Below, in pieces: positions 1-10,332 of a stretch of DNA of 64,000 nucleotides (within the stretch, counting starts at the first letter, position 1; each line of letters begins with the position of its first letter). Source of the DNA: Paramoeba atlantica (taxonomy: Eukaryota; Protista; Discosea); contig CDRNVI010000019.1 in NCBI GenBank assembly GCA_977017575.1, positions 186,001-250,000 of the forward strand. Reading direction: 5' to 3'. The translations under genes and the position numbers were made by a program. The notes beneath the pieces were generated by a model. The model was not told the DNA's origin, made no database searches, and saw nothing but the letters and a program-made list of their open reading frames with translations.

Positions 1-834
1 CACAGATTTGTCGTAGCCCCGCTGTACTAGGACGTCAAATTTTGTCTCGGTGGTGTAAAAAGATAAAAAATGACACCCAGGGTCCAAATAGACAATTTGT
101 AAGTCATCATGAGGGCGTGCCCGCTTGTACTGGTCCACGGCAAAAAGACCGTGTTCATCCTTCCAGGCAAGAATCACATTTTCTCCGGCGAACCCAAAGT
201 AGTCGCCCAACGCCGGAGCGTCACTCTCTTGCTCAATAGTCACCACCTCAAAACTGTTAGTGTCACGCAGGGAGAACAAATTCTTAATTGTCTGCTGCGC
301 CAGCATGTTCGTTCGACTCCCATGGGCGAGTGCTATGCCACTGGGAAGCATCACAAAGTCACCCGAGGCGCAACGACAGCTTTCCACGTCTTGCATGTAG
401 GTTGTGGTAGAGGTGTTCGCCCCGCTGGCGCGAATATACCGCAGGGTCTCCTGAAATTCCGGAATGCGATGTTCCAGCCCCAAGGTGGGCATAGAAACAA
501 ACGAGGCTCCGATGGACACCATGCTGTCCGCGGTACGAATGGCGTCAATGTGCGGAAGCTCTGCCATGACGTGTAGTTCATCCACAAGGGTACTGCTGGA
601 TAAAATACGATAAAACCCACGAAACTGGCTCATGAGCATGTCACGATTCACTACAATGCCGTTTGGACCCGTGGTCGGGACGGTGTGATACGCGGGGGGT
701 CGTACGTAGGCATGGACGACAGTTCTCTTCGGGCTGCTGAACAGAACTCCCCTGCTCGGTAGGGAAGCCAGATTTCTAGGATGTACAGAGAGAGATCGCA
801 GAAACGACACGCTTCGGAACGCAGTAAAGGGCAT
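1..834 (-). CDS. Pentein/amidinotransferase (DDAH-like) fold protein, 3'-partial, probably mitochondrial
   Basis: Not in the ORF track because it runs off the window edge. Manual translation from ATG at 834 is stop-free to position 1 (MPFTAFRSVSFLRSLSVH...ASGDFVMLPSGIALAHGSRTNMLAQQTIKNLF...LGDYFGFAGENVIL...). GDFVM..IALAHGSRTN resembles the DDAH GGDVL..FVGLSKRTN motif; the N-terminus is Arg/Ser-rich like a presequence. Confidence 0.55.
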   Translation of the reverse strand, partial: MPFTAFRSVSFLRSLSVHPRNLASLPSRGVLFSSPKRTVVHAYVRPPAYHTVPTTGPNGIVVNRDMLMSQFRGFYRILSSSTLVDELHVMAELPHIDAIRTADSMVSIGASFVSMPTLGLEHRIPEFQETLRYIRASGANTSTTTYMQDVESCRCASGDFVMLPSGIALAHGSRTNMLAQQTIKNLFSLRDTNSFEVVTIEQESDAPALGDYFGFAGENVILAWKDEHGLFAVDQYKRARPHDDLQIVYLDPGCHFLSFYTTETKFDVLVQRGYDKSV

Positions 835-1158
835 ATTCTGTTTCTATACAGTTAAACTCTCTTCTAATTTACAATGAATAAGCTATTTCGCAGGTAACTC
901 AGGCTGAAATAAGTTACTTCTACTGAAGCATGTTCGTTTTCTACTATATTTGTACATAACAAACATTCAATAGGGCACATGACGCTTGAGCTTCCCCCCT
1001 ACTGTAGTGTACATGCCCACGTGTCTAAAAATTCCCTTCTCACATACCGTTATGGACATTTTTTTAAGTTAAAAACGGATTCTTACCAAAACAAATAGGT
1101 TCTTACCCTCATTTTTTGGGTTCCACACCCCGTAGGACAATCAGCAAGCTTGCAATTA

Positions 1159-2214
1159 CTAAGTCCGTGCGTCATTCCTTGCCGTGTCGGTGGAAGTTCT
1201 TTCTTCATGGGACAGTGATACAATCGTTTCCTGGTGATGCGATGAATTCGCTTCATCTAGTTTCGAATTATAAGCTTGTATTTTGTTCAATAGAATCTTT
1301 TTAGCTTGTTCCCAGACGTCACGCTGGTATTTTCGGTGGTCCAACGCAAGTTCGTCTTGCAGCGGCTCATAAAATTCGTATGCTTTCTTCAACTCCGTAA
1401 CAAAATGAGATTCCAAAGCGGCCAATTTCTTCTGGACTAATTCATCTAACTCACTCTCATCGTATGTATCCTCCACCGCAGTGAGTACAGGAGTATCCAG
1501 TACGGGATCACCTTCAGGGAGGTGTCTCAACTTTTTCGCTGGTATAGGCAGAATCCAACCACTATCCGTAGATACCCGAGCTTCTACCAAGCTTCCATCC
1601 TCTTGCTTTATTTTAATCAGACGGAGTGAACACAACGAGTTGGTTTTTTCATCTACGTGCTTCACACAAGTAACGTCGATCGGCCATGGATTGTGTAAAA
1701 TCTGCTTGGGCCGATCCTCCTGCGCGGGTATTTCTTCCTCCTGTACGTTCACTCCCTCCACAATAATTTGATTTTTGTACGCTAGAACGTTTCGTATGCG
1801 ACCCCGCTGGCCACGGTGAATGCCGGTGACTACTTCAACCAAATCTCCAGGATACCACACCCACGGTGATATCTGGTATCCGGGTGTCATCCACACGTAA
1901 TTTTTCTTTAGTTCACTGAGCTGTCTTTTGTTCAGGTCTCGCTTCTCCCATTGGGAATGATACGTGTGATCTTGATAAAAATCCAGTTCTGAGGGATGTC
2001 GCATGTCTTCCGCTTCTTGAATGTTTTCTCGATCGGTAAGATCATGTCTGCTGTCGCAATAGTGGCCACGAAATTTGTTGGATAATTTAATATTTCTTAA
2101 GCGATTGGGTCCAAGATTGTATCGTTTTCCTTTCGGGACTTTGGGATAGTACCATGGGTTTCGAAATTTGTATCGCGCAACCTGTACTCTATGCGTTAAG
2201 GTACACTTCAGCAT
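1159..2214 (-). CDS. MRPL24: Mitochondrial ribosomal protein uL24m (KOW motif)
   Basis: YPGDLVEVVTGIHRGQRGRIRNVLAYKNQIIVEGVN is the L24 KOW motif, followed by PIDVTCVKHVD; long basic N-terminal extension. Confidence 0.85.
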   Translation of the reverse strand: MLKCTLTHRVQVARYKFRNPWYYPKVPKGKRYNLGPNRLRNIKLSNKFRGHYCDSRHDLTDRENIQEAEDMRHPSELDFYQDHTYHSQWEKRDLNKRQLSELKKNYVWMTPGYQISPWVWYPGDLVEVVTGIHRGQRGRIRNVLAYKNQIIVEGVNVQEEEIPAQEDRPKQILHNPWPIDVTCVKHVDEKTNSLCSLRLIKIKQEDGSLVEARVSTDSGWILPIPAKKLRHLPEGDPVLDTPVLTAVEDTYDESELDELVQKKLAALESHFVTELKKAYEFYEPLQDELALDHRKYQRDVWEQAKKILLNKIQAYNSKLDEANSSHHQETIVSLSHEERTSTDTARNDART

Positions 2215-2606
2215 ATTGAGGAAAAAGAAGCGAAGCTGTATCTAAGATGTAGTAAGTGCTGTTGGATTCACTATCCAAAAGGAGTGACTAATCGAGTAGC
2301 TACTGAGATTAACTAGTACGTATAAAAACAAAATACGACAATATTGCTAAGTACCACAAAGTGCATTTCCAGAGCTTAGGAGGATCGAAGCATTGATCTA
2401 ACAGTAAGTGATCAAGCGAAGGTCTATTCGGCAGTAACCAAGGTGATTCTTATTCTTCTGGAATAGAATCATCTAATACAATCTCATTCTGTTATTCGAT
2501 ATTTTATATAGTCCATTTCGTCAGTCCCGATTATAACATTACGACTTCGTCTATTCCTACCCATTTCTACCAAACAACACCCAATCAAATTGGGTAACAT
2601 ACCAAA

Positions 2607-4070
2607 CTAAACAAAGTATACACTCGAGAGTGCCTCTCCCAGGCCCACAGCCATGATTAAGGGGGGTGGGTTGTCTTCGTCATAAAATTGTTGGTGGATA
2701 TTCTGCACCACATCTCGAATCTCTTTTTCCTCAGGTGCTCTCGGTCGGTAAAATAGTGACAAGGTTCTGCGGTTAAGATCAAGTTTATCACCCTTAGCAG
2801 GTTTAGCCACTTTAACGTCATCATACCACTGCGTGATGGCTCTCTCCTCCACATCCATAAGCAGCTGCAACTTCACCCCATCCTCCGTAAGCTGGTGCAA
2901 CAGGTCACTTCCCCTCTCCGGCACATCCCCCACCATTTTAAGATTCCGTCCAAAAGCCTTTCCTTTCGCAAGTTTAAACTTCACCAACTCCGCACACGCC
3001 ACCGCATCCTCCGCGGCGTCATGTCCCCTCACCATATCATTCTGAATCGTCCGGTGCAACAACGTCGCCACCAACATTTTCAACGAATGTACCTTTCGTC
3101 TCCCCCCCTCTCTCCCCCCCCCCTCTGGCTCCGCCGGAAACAGCTCGGTGAGCTCCACCACATTCCGATGCACCACCCGCAGCGCCTCCAGGTCGCACCC
3201 CACGTTATGCCCCACCACCGTGGTGTCGCGAAACACCAGCGTGCGCAGCAGCGCCTCCTGGACCTCCCCCCGGCGCGTGCGCACCCCCGCCAGGGACTCC
3301 CGCGTGAGTCCGGTGAATTTGGTCAGGTAGTTCGTCACGGGGAACGGCGGGAGCACGAGCCTGTCGTAGACGACCTCGTGGGAGAAGACATCCACGAGCG
3401 TGACCCGGGCCAGCTCCGGGCCCTCGGTGGTCTGGACGGTGTCGCAGGTGATCGCGAGTGCGCTGTGGAGCTTGCGCGGGATCGTGGGGGGGCGACTGCA
3501 GGTGGTGCGGTAGGAGGGGTCGGGGACGGTGAGACGGAGGCCGAGGGGGGAGAGCTGGGAGGGGGGGAGGGTGAGATCGCTGAGGGAACAGGTGAAACGG
3601 GTGTCGCGGCGTCGTTTTTTGGTGGAGTAGATCTCTTCCGGGATGTTGCCTTTGATGCGCTTGACCTCGGTGAAGAATTCCTCGCAGAAGAGGTGGACTT
3701 TGGATTCGCGTACGTGGTTGGTGAGTTTTAGACGGAAGTGATGGGAGGGGCAAATTCTGTCCTCGTAGGACATGCCCTCTTCGAGGAGCATCACGACGAC
3801 TTGGGTTGGTTTTCCACAGGGAAATGTCATCCATGTCGGAGACGTGCGTGACTCCGAGAGCAGGGACTTAAACGTCACTTGACGTAGCATTTCGGTACTC
3901 AATACAACGGTAGGGGACAGCTTTAAGGCAAAGACATGGGACAAAGAGGCGCTGCACTCGCACTTAATCTCCTCTTCGTCAGATTCGTCATTTGTAAGGC
4001 CATAGGCCATGTGATGCATATACGCTGTCATGCTGCGTCTGATTCTGAAAAGAAATTTTGTTATATTCAA
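2607..4070 (-). CDS. REX1/REXO1-like DEDDh RNA exonuclease family protein with a degenerate ExoI motif
   Basis: GPELARVTLVD, PVTNYLTKFTG, VVGHNVGCDLEAL and GHDAAEDAVAC are REX1-family blocks; ExoI reads AITCDTV instead of the usual ALDCEMV. Confidence 0.85.
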   Translation of the reverse strand: MNITKFLFRIRRSMTAYMHHMAYGLTNDESDEEEIKCECSASLSHVFALKLSPTVVLSTEMLRQVTFKSLLSESRTSPTWMTFPCGKPTQVVVMLLEEGMSYEDRICPSHHFRLKLTNHVRESKVHLFCEEFFTEVKRIKGNIPEEIYSTKKRRRDTRFTCSLSDLTLPPSQLSPLGLRLTVPDPSYRTTCSRPPTIPRKLHSALAITCDTVQTTEGPELARVTLVDVFSHEVVYDRLVLPPFPVTNYLTKFTGLTRESLAGVRTRRGEVQEALLRTLVFRDTTVVGHNVGCDLEALRVVHRNVVELTELFPAEPEGGGREGGRRKVHSLKMLVATLLHRTIQNDMVRGHDAAEDAVACAELVKFKLAKGKAFGRNLKMVGDVPERGSDLLHQLTEDGVKLQLLMDVEERAITQWYDDVKVAKPAKGDKLDLNRRTLSLFYRPRAPEEKEIRDVVQNIHQQFYDEDNPPPLIMAVGLGEALSSVYFV

Positions 4071-4357
4071 ATTTGTTTCTCTTCGTTAAAATTATCTGAA
4101 TTAGATGTTAACTTAACATCGTTTAAATTAAAAGCAATAAGCCTATTTTGAGTGCATATTTTTTCGAAGCATCACGAATCGACATGCAAGGTCTCTTTTC
4201 TTTGTACAATGTACGTAAAACTAACGGTTGTTCGTAATCTGAAAAGTAATCTCAAACGTGAACTATGGAGAGAGTTTCATGTTTTTGTATGTTTTGTGAG
4301 TGACGTTCGCAAGGAAAACTAGATTTTTCGCTTCACCAATCCGATGTGCAACTAGCA

Positions 4358-5929
4358 TTAGAGGACATATTGCTCCTCCTCCAACACGCCATCCTTAAAC
4401 ATCTTGCGCAACTGGACGGCCAGCTGACGACTGTGCTCGACTCCGAAGTATTCCAAGAATCCCAGAAGCTGCCGTCCCATGTCCAGCGTCACGCGTTTCG
4501 ATACACGAGGATCGGACATTATTTGTCCTGCGGCTGCAAATACTGTCTGAATTACATTCTGAGGAAGGTACAGGCGAAGTACAATAATGCAATCAAGAAG
4601 GCTTAAAATCGGACCCAAATGGCGGAAAATACACTCGTTTAGTCGAGACGCAATTTTCTCAGCAAGCTGCCTCAACTTTTGTTTCTCAAGCTCTGTTTGT
4701 GCTGAAGTAATTGAGAGTTTCCGATACATGGAACGCGCAGCCTGTAACGACGTAACAACCATGATTACATCCATGCGCTCACTCGTAGCAATTTTTTCTA
4801 GCAAACGTTCACACACCTCAGGAGTCAACACTCGCCATTTACGAAAAATCATACAAAGCGTAGCGCTCTCTTTAGCGTTGTATTCATGGACGTTCATCAT
4901 AGCCCTGGTCGCTAAGTCAAAGATCGGTTTAGGAAAAATATCATGTACCGTGTAACATTGAATGATACGCAATATCTGAGGCAATTCTAACTCATTTACA
5001 AGCTCACCGATGCGGCGCGACATGGCTTTCAAAAGAAGCCTTCGCAAATCAAGCGTTTCTTTCTGTGCATGTTCGAACGAACGAAAGAGCTTCGTTGACA
5101 TGGAACGTATCATTCCCTTCTCCAGCTGAGTGTAAATCCCTCGTTCCAGCGCATACTCCAGCGCAGTCCACAGAGGTTTATGGTAATAGTCTGCGACGCA
5201 AACAAAAGTGCTAATGTAAATAACGTCATCCTGAGCAAGTAGCCCATAGTTCATCCGCCGCACGTATTCGACACATAAAATTTTCATAATTTGTGAGTAC
5301 AATGTAAGGGCTAACCAGTTATATTGCTTGAATTGCACACAATAGTATAACGAGCGACGCAATTCTCCGATTGAAGCTGTCTCAACAAATCCGGGACGCA
5401 ACATCAGCTGCAACATGCTCTCCATGCCTTTGATACTCGACGAACGTAATTCACTCACAAAGCCTTCCATCGCTTCCTTTGAAAGCATTTGTATTTGTCC
5501 CATCTCCGGAGAGGCCCCAATAGCGGCACTCTTTCGTGCCAATTTTTTTTTGGCCTTCTTGTCTCCGTCTAACGCCTCAATTTGCACTCGCAGCTCTTCG
5601 TAGCGCATGGCGCTCTCTGAAAGCGTGTTGCAGAGGCCGGACAGTTCAGTGGTTGTCTCCGGAGTTGCACCCGGAAGTCGGACACCCGGAATGGATGTCA
5701 CCGCGTCCTCATTCTCGATCACCGTGCGGCGCTGCATGATATAAGGCGGTGCATTGAATAGTGACGTGACGCGAGACGTTGATCCGAAGGACTGCAGCAT
5801 ACCTGCACAAAGCCGTGTAGGGGTCCCAATCTTACCATAACACCTCACCAGCAGTCGACACATTAAATAAAAGGAATGAGTACAAGTAAAGAAGCAGTTA
5901 CACAAGTTCGTACAAATAAACCAAATCAC
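4358..5929 (-). CDS. Hypothetical alpha-helical repeat protein, possibly a mitochondrial RNA-binding protein
   Basis: 523-aa ORF on the coding strand with amphipathic helical character; the internal MCRLLVRCYGK looks like a presequence, so the true start is probably downstream. Confidence 0.65.
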   Translation of the reverse strand: MIWFICTNLCNCFFTCTHSFYLMCRLLVRCYGKIGTPTRLCAGMLQSFGSTSRVTSLFNAPPYIMQRRTVIENEDAVTSIPGVRLPGATPETTTELSGLCNTLSESAMRYEELRVQIEALDGDKKAKKKLARKSAAIGASPEMGQIQMLSKEAMEGFVSELRSSSIKGMESMLQLMLRPGFVETASIGELRRSLYYCVQFKQYNWLALTLYSQIMKILCVEYVRRMNYGLLAQDDVIYISTFVCVADYYHKPLWTALEYALERGIYTQLEKGMIRSMSTKLFRSFEHAQKETLDLRRLLLKAMSRRIGELVNELELPQILRIIQCYTVHDIFPKPIFDLATRAMMNVHEYNAKESATLCMIFRKWRVLTPEVCERLLEKIATSERMDVIMVVTSLQAARSMYRKLSITSAQTELEKQKLRQLAEKIASRLNECIFRHLGPILSLLDCIIVLRLYLPQNVIQTVFAAAGQIMSDPRVSKRVTLDMGRQLLGFLEYFGVEHSRQLAVQLRKMFKDGVLEEEQYVL

Positions 5930-6067
5930 ATGAGAAGAAAACGGATTCTATAACTTTAGGGAAACATGTAAAAGAGGTCAAAGACATTATCGCTATAAAG
6001 TGCACACTAATCTGGGCAAGAATCTCCGCTCCAAACTGGATGCATGCACTAAAAAGCCAGTGAAACT

Positions 6068-7762
6068 TTATGAAGGAACGTCGTACAGATGATCAAAATT
6101 GAAAGCAAAATCATCATCTGCCATGATATCGTCGTTTGCCTCATCGACCGGGCCTTGGAAAGGGTTTCGAAAGGACAGTCCGAATACACCCTTTCTATAC
6201 TGACTCATAGCTTTTCGGGCGTCCTCATTGATTTCGGCGGGCAAATCATTTCCCTGCTCTTGCTCGAGAGATGACACCTGAGGTGATACCTGAGACTTAA
6301 AAAGGCCCTCCCCGGGTAAGCTGCCCATTGGTAAGAAACCCATCCCGAGTCGCATTGCAGGTAAGGGTGAGTGAGGTGCATTGGGACCGAAACCTTCGGT
6401 CTCGATGGGCATTGTCGCGCTCACATGCGACGGAGACAATGAGCACATCGACTTCCCTGCGGAATCGGTCAGGTGTTCTGTACAAGGAACCATCGATCCC
6501 CTACCGCACAACAAATGACCTTTACCCGTAAGCGGTGTACTTAGTTTCGCGTGCTTGAGCGGAGGACTCACCTGAGAGACCGCAGGGCTGGGTCGATCAT
6601 AGACTGGCCCTTCAGGCGATTCCGGTGGAATATGCTGTGTGGCAGACACGTGACTTCTTCCCGACCTCTCAACCGCCTCCCCCGGCTCCGTTTGACTTCT
6701 CCCCACATTTCTTCTCACGCCTACCTCCTCCGTTGCCACGCCCCCCCTTCCCGCCTTCTCCCCTTGCGCTCCTGCTTGCGACCCCACATACACCGACGGC
6801 ACCCCACTACCCTGCACCCCCCCCTCCTCCCCCTCCCGCCTCATCTCCACCTCATCATACGACGCCACAAGACTCGCAATCCGACACACCGGGACCCCCA
6901 CGGGTCCAATTGCACTCTCCAACGACACCGGACTCGACCCCGGACCACACGCCAGGCTCATACGCCCCCCGAACGCGGTCACTAGGTCACAGAACGGACG
7001 CAGCCCGCGGGCCTCAAACACCTTGGTAAACGGACGTGGCCCCCTGTTATGGCTCTCACGGCTATCCCTACTACGACTATCCGTACTCCCCGGCTCCTCT
7101 CCCCCCAGACGGTACCCCTCGAGGCAGCGAATATCCAACGAGACAAAGCTGTTGGCCCCCGCTGCTGCGGGTTGGGCACTCACAGAGCCCCGCCCTACGG
7201 CAGCGCTCGCCCTGAAGTGGACCCGGGCGTGCAGCGGGGTGAAGCTCAGCCGGGTCGCCCCGGGGGGCAACACATGGAGCAGATCGCTGAGCTGCCGGCC
7301 CCGGCAGGTGAGCTGGCAGTCCGCGTGCTTGGGGTCAATGGGGCGCTCCGGGGTACAGCGCTGGGTGGAGAGCGTGTAGGCCCGGGTAAGGGCTTTGGTA
7401 CAGTGGATGCGGAGCTCAAGGGTACTGCTGGGGGAGAAACGGAAGGTGGCCTCGGTGAGGGGGGCGACGGGGGTGGGGCGTAGGGCGATGAGGAGAGGAC
7501 GGGTGGTGGTGCGGAAGGCAAGGGGAGGCCCGGGGCGGGGAAGGGCACGGTTGTCGTCGGAGAGAGGTTGATACTGGAGGAAGAGACCGTTGGTGGAGGG
7601 GAGGGTGACGGCGAGGTGGACACATTTGGTAGAGGAGGTAAACAGGAGAGACGCGGCGTGGGGTTCGAACTCGAAAACGGTCTCGTCGGAGATTCGTGAA
7701 CCGGCGCTAAGGATTTTCCAGAAGACCCGGGCGGAGGAGGCGTTGAGAATAAAGTCTGCCAT
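6068..7762 (-). CDS. RAD9: Rad9-like 9-1-1 checkpoint clamp subunit with a long disordered C-terminal tail
   Basis: RVFWKILSAGSRISDETVFEF...SSTKCVHLAVTL...LFLQY resembles the Rad9 N-terminus ([20 protein letters not shown]...NSSRSAYACF...FFQQY); Ser/Pro-rich tail. Confidence 0.65.
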   Translation of the reverse strand: MADFILNASSARVFWKILSAGSRISDETVFEFEPHAASLLFTSSTKCVHLAVTLPSTNGLFLQYQPLSDDNRALPRPGPPLAFRTTTRPLLIALRPTPVAPLTEATFRFSPSSTLELRIHCTKALTRAYTLSTQRCTPERPIDPKHADCQLTCRGRQLSDLLHVLPPGATRLSFTPLHARVHFRASAAVGRGSVSAQPAAAGANSFVSLDIRCLEGYRLGGEEPGSTDSRSRDSRESHNRGPRPFTKVFEARGLRPFCDLVTAFGGRMSLACGPGSSPVSLESAIGPVGVPVCRIASLVASYDEVEMRREGEEGGVQGSGVPSVYVGSQAGAQGEKAGRGGVATEEVGVRRNVGRSQTEPGEAVERSGRSHVSATQHIPPESPEGPVYDRPSPAVSQVSPPLKHAKLSTPLTGKGHLLCGRGSMVPCTEHLTDSAGKSMCSLSPSHVSATMPIETEGFGPNAPHSPLPAMRLGMGFLPMGSLPGEGLFKSQVSPQVSSLEQEQGNDLPAEINEDARKAMSQYRKGVFGLSFRNPFQGPVDEANDDIMADDDFAFNFDHLYDVPS

Positions 7763-7961
7763 TTAACAAGCCGTGTGACAATGCGTATTAAAGCCCCATT
7801 TGGATGCCTCCACTGGTGTTGGACGATTCCGTAGCTCGGTGGCTTATAATGCCATTGCGTAAGAACATTTCAAAAAAAAAAATCATCGCACGTCAATTTC
7901 TAGGATAAGACACTGCATACTATTTCTGTACTTATCACATTACAATTACCAAGACATTCTA

Positions 7962-9319
7962 AACCCCTGGCCATTATAACCCCTGGCCACCAATAAGGCA
8001 CCCCCCCGTATTTTTTGCATGAGGGGGTATGATAGGGTTATCATACCATGTTTTCGTTCAAAATTTTGAGATCTGTACGTTCCCGCTGTTTTTAGCTCAT
8101 GAAAAAGAAAAAAATATTTTACCACTTTAACATTAGGGTCGATTTATGAAAAAATCATTCCGCAGGCCTCCGAAAGGTGGCCTCAGCCCCCTGGGGAAGG
8201 AACTCATGCTTTTAAGGTTTCAAGATGGCATCCCAAAGAAACGAATAGCATGTGAATTGAATGTAAGCGTGAAATACATTCGAAAATACCTCCGTGATCA
8301 CCCCAAAATTGAGACGAAAAAAAGCCTAAAGAAATCCCCACAGAAAAAAAAAAAGTCTCGTAAAAAAAGGATTGAAACCATTATTTCTAAGAAAGATGCG
8401 GCAGGGGTGCCAAAGTACAGTTCAAAGCGTATTTCTGTTGTTTTGTGCAGAAAGGGTGTTACTGCAAGCCCTCGAACTGTTCGTCGAGATTTGAGGCAAG
8501 CAGGGCATCAATATAGGCCACGCCCAATTTCACAAGGGCTCACCGCTGTACAAAAAGAAAAACGCGTACAGTTTTCTTTGAATTACAAAGAGGACATATC
8601 GAAATTGATATTCTCAGATGAGAAGGCGTTTGATACAAACGATAATCGAATGAAAATGTGGGTAAAAAAAGGAGAGACCCCTGCAAAGAGACTAAAGGTG
8701 CGCTGGGCGCCTAAGTGTCAGGTGTGGGGTGCTATAGGAATTAACTGGAGATGCTTAAAAATTTTATCCAGCAGGACCTCTATTACCCACGAAACATACA
8801 TAGACACACTAAAACATGTTTATTTCCCCCGCAAAAGAATATTTCAACAAGATGGTGCCACCGCTCATACGGCCAAGGCCACCATAAATTACCTGAACAA
8901 ACGAAAAATTAATCTACTAAAAAATTGGCCCCCAAATTCTCCCGATCTTTCTCCCATTGAAAACATATGGTCAATGGTACAACAAGACGTAAATGAAAAG
9001 CTACCATCTACAGTTTCCGAACTGCAAAGGTGTATTCTAAACACATGGAGTTCTTTACCGACTGAGATGATAAATGATACCATCTTAAGTTTCGATCGTA
9101 GACTGAAGGCCTGCGTCGAACTAGGTGGCGAAAAGGTAAAAACGTGGTAAATAGTTTCCACTTTATAAATAGCTATAGGACTAGTGACCAAGTGTGGGAG
9201 GACATAAATCCCGAACTGAGATCTGCAAAATGCCATTGAAATTAGCTCAAACAAACAAAGCATCAAATTTTTAGAGGGGGGTGCCTTATTTTGGCCAGGG
9301 GTTATAATGGCCAGGGGTT
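7962..9319 (+). mobile_element. Tc1/mariner-IS630 superfamily DNA transposon, full length (1358 bp)
   Basis: TIRs at 7962-8006 and 9276-9319 (AACCCCTGGCCATTATAACCCCTGGCC[ACC/AA]AATAAGGCACCCCCC); TA on both flanks (7960-61, 9320-21); one transposase ORF inside. Confidence 0.95.
8146..9150 (+). CDS. DD35E transposase (DDE_3), intact
   Basis: Two HTH-like segments, a basic NLS (KKSPQKKKKSRKKR), LIFSDE, FQQDGATAH and WPPNSPDLSPIENIW; 35 residues between the second D and E. Confidence 0.95.
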   Translation: MKKSFRRPPKGGLSPLGKELMLLRFQDGIPKKRIACELNVSVKYIRKYLRDHPKIETKKSLKKSPQKKKKSRKKRIETIISKKDAAGVPKYSSKRISVVLCRKGVTASPRTVRRDLRQAGHQYRPRPISQGLTAVQKEKRVQFSLNYKEDISKLIFSDEKAFDTNDNRMKMWVKKGETPAKRLKVRWAPKCQVWGAIGINWRCLKILSSRTSITHETYIDTLKHVYFPRKRIFQQDGATAHTAKATINYLNKRKINLLKNWPPNSPDLSPIENIWSMVQQDVNEKLPSTVSELQRCILNTWSSLPTEMINDTILSFDRRLKACVELGGEKVKTW

Positions 9320-9473
9320 TATAATGCTTCTGTACTTGTCACAATACAGTATTATGATAAGCACATACAGTAGAAAAAACATGATTCCTTGTGCCAGTGT
9401 TGCCTATTAGCTGGATCACACAACTTGGCGAAAATCAGTGCGGTCGCCGGTATTTACGTGCTTAGCTACGTAG

Positions 9474-10082
9474 TTACCTATCGGGATTCTCTATCTCTAT
9501 TAAGGATGGTTCTGTTTGTATTGTTAAACCTTCGGAATCGGCACAAAGTCCGCGCACGATACGATCGAGTCGTCTTTCTTGAGTATGTTTTTCAAAATCG
9601 ACGTTTTCTATCTCGAAAGCTTTGTTGGGTATTTCTATTTGTTTTTTCGATACACCGTTATCGAGATTTTGTTCCAATGTATATGCGAATTCGTATTCAT
9701 TGTCGGAAGATGAACTGTTTTGAGACCCGCCATTTGATGAACTATCTGACACATTGTCGTCCATTTCCAGAATGCCTAATATTAGATTCATTTCTACTGT
9801 AGCAGAGGATATCTCTTCCGGTATTTCTGTTTCAGTGTTTCTACGTTTTTCATGTGAATTCTTAACCTGCGGACTAAAACGAGAAAAATTCTTCTCCCCG
9901 TCTTCCGAACGAGTCCGTTTATTGCACTGGATGATGTCCGGATCTATGCAGGAACTTGTTTCGAATGACTTAGTTTCATCAAGCAGGACTTGAGCCTTTT
10001 CACGAAGAGATCGTAACCCCAACGCCCCGTCTGAGTAGTTTGAACTTCTAGAGGCGCGTGCGTCCCATTCCTTTGTTGACAT
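9474..10082 (-). CDS. Hypothetical protein (acidic/Ser-rich)
   Basis: 202-aa ATG ORF on the coding strand filling an otherwise empty interval; no motif recognised. Confidence 0.45.
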   Translation of the reverse strand: MSTKEWDARASRSSNYSDGALGLRSLREKAQVLLDETKSFETSSCIDPDIIQCNKRTRSEDGEKNFSRFSPQVKNSHEKRRNTETEIPEEISSATVEMNLILGILEMDDNVSDSSSNGGSQNSSSSDNEYEFAYTLEQNLDNGVSKKQIEIPNKAFEIENVDFEKHTQERRLDRIVRGLCADSEGLTIQTEPSLIEIENPDR

Positions 10083-10332
10083 GCTAAGGATAAAACAGTG
10101 ATTGTATCTGAAATATGGTATGTTAATAGAGAGCGCATCTATCTAAAATATAGTCTACAAGTATTTTCAACGCACCGTTTATCCAAGTACAGTTACTTTC
10201 CAAGCAAACCTTCTTTCAAGTACAGTTATTAAAACATTCCCCCTTCTGAGGATTTCACCCTACCAATCATGAATATCACGATATCAGTGAGTAGGAAAAA
10301 AGCGAAACGAAGCACACTCATGTTTTTGACTG

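Noticed and set aside
109-576. 155-aa plus-strand ORF
   Set aside because: In-phase antisense of the longer minus-strand pentein-like frame.
2895-3834. Long alternative ORFs (2895-3731 +, 3205-3834 -)
   Set aside because: Shadow frames caused by stop-codon scarcity in the GC island, overlapping the exonuclease gene; low-complexity translations.
6551-7625. Several Pro/Gly-rich ORFs overlapping Rad9
   Set aside because: Same GC-island artefact; no motifs.
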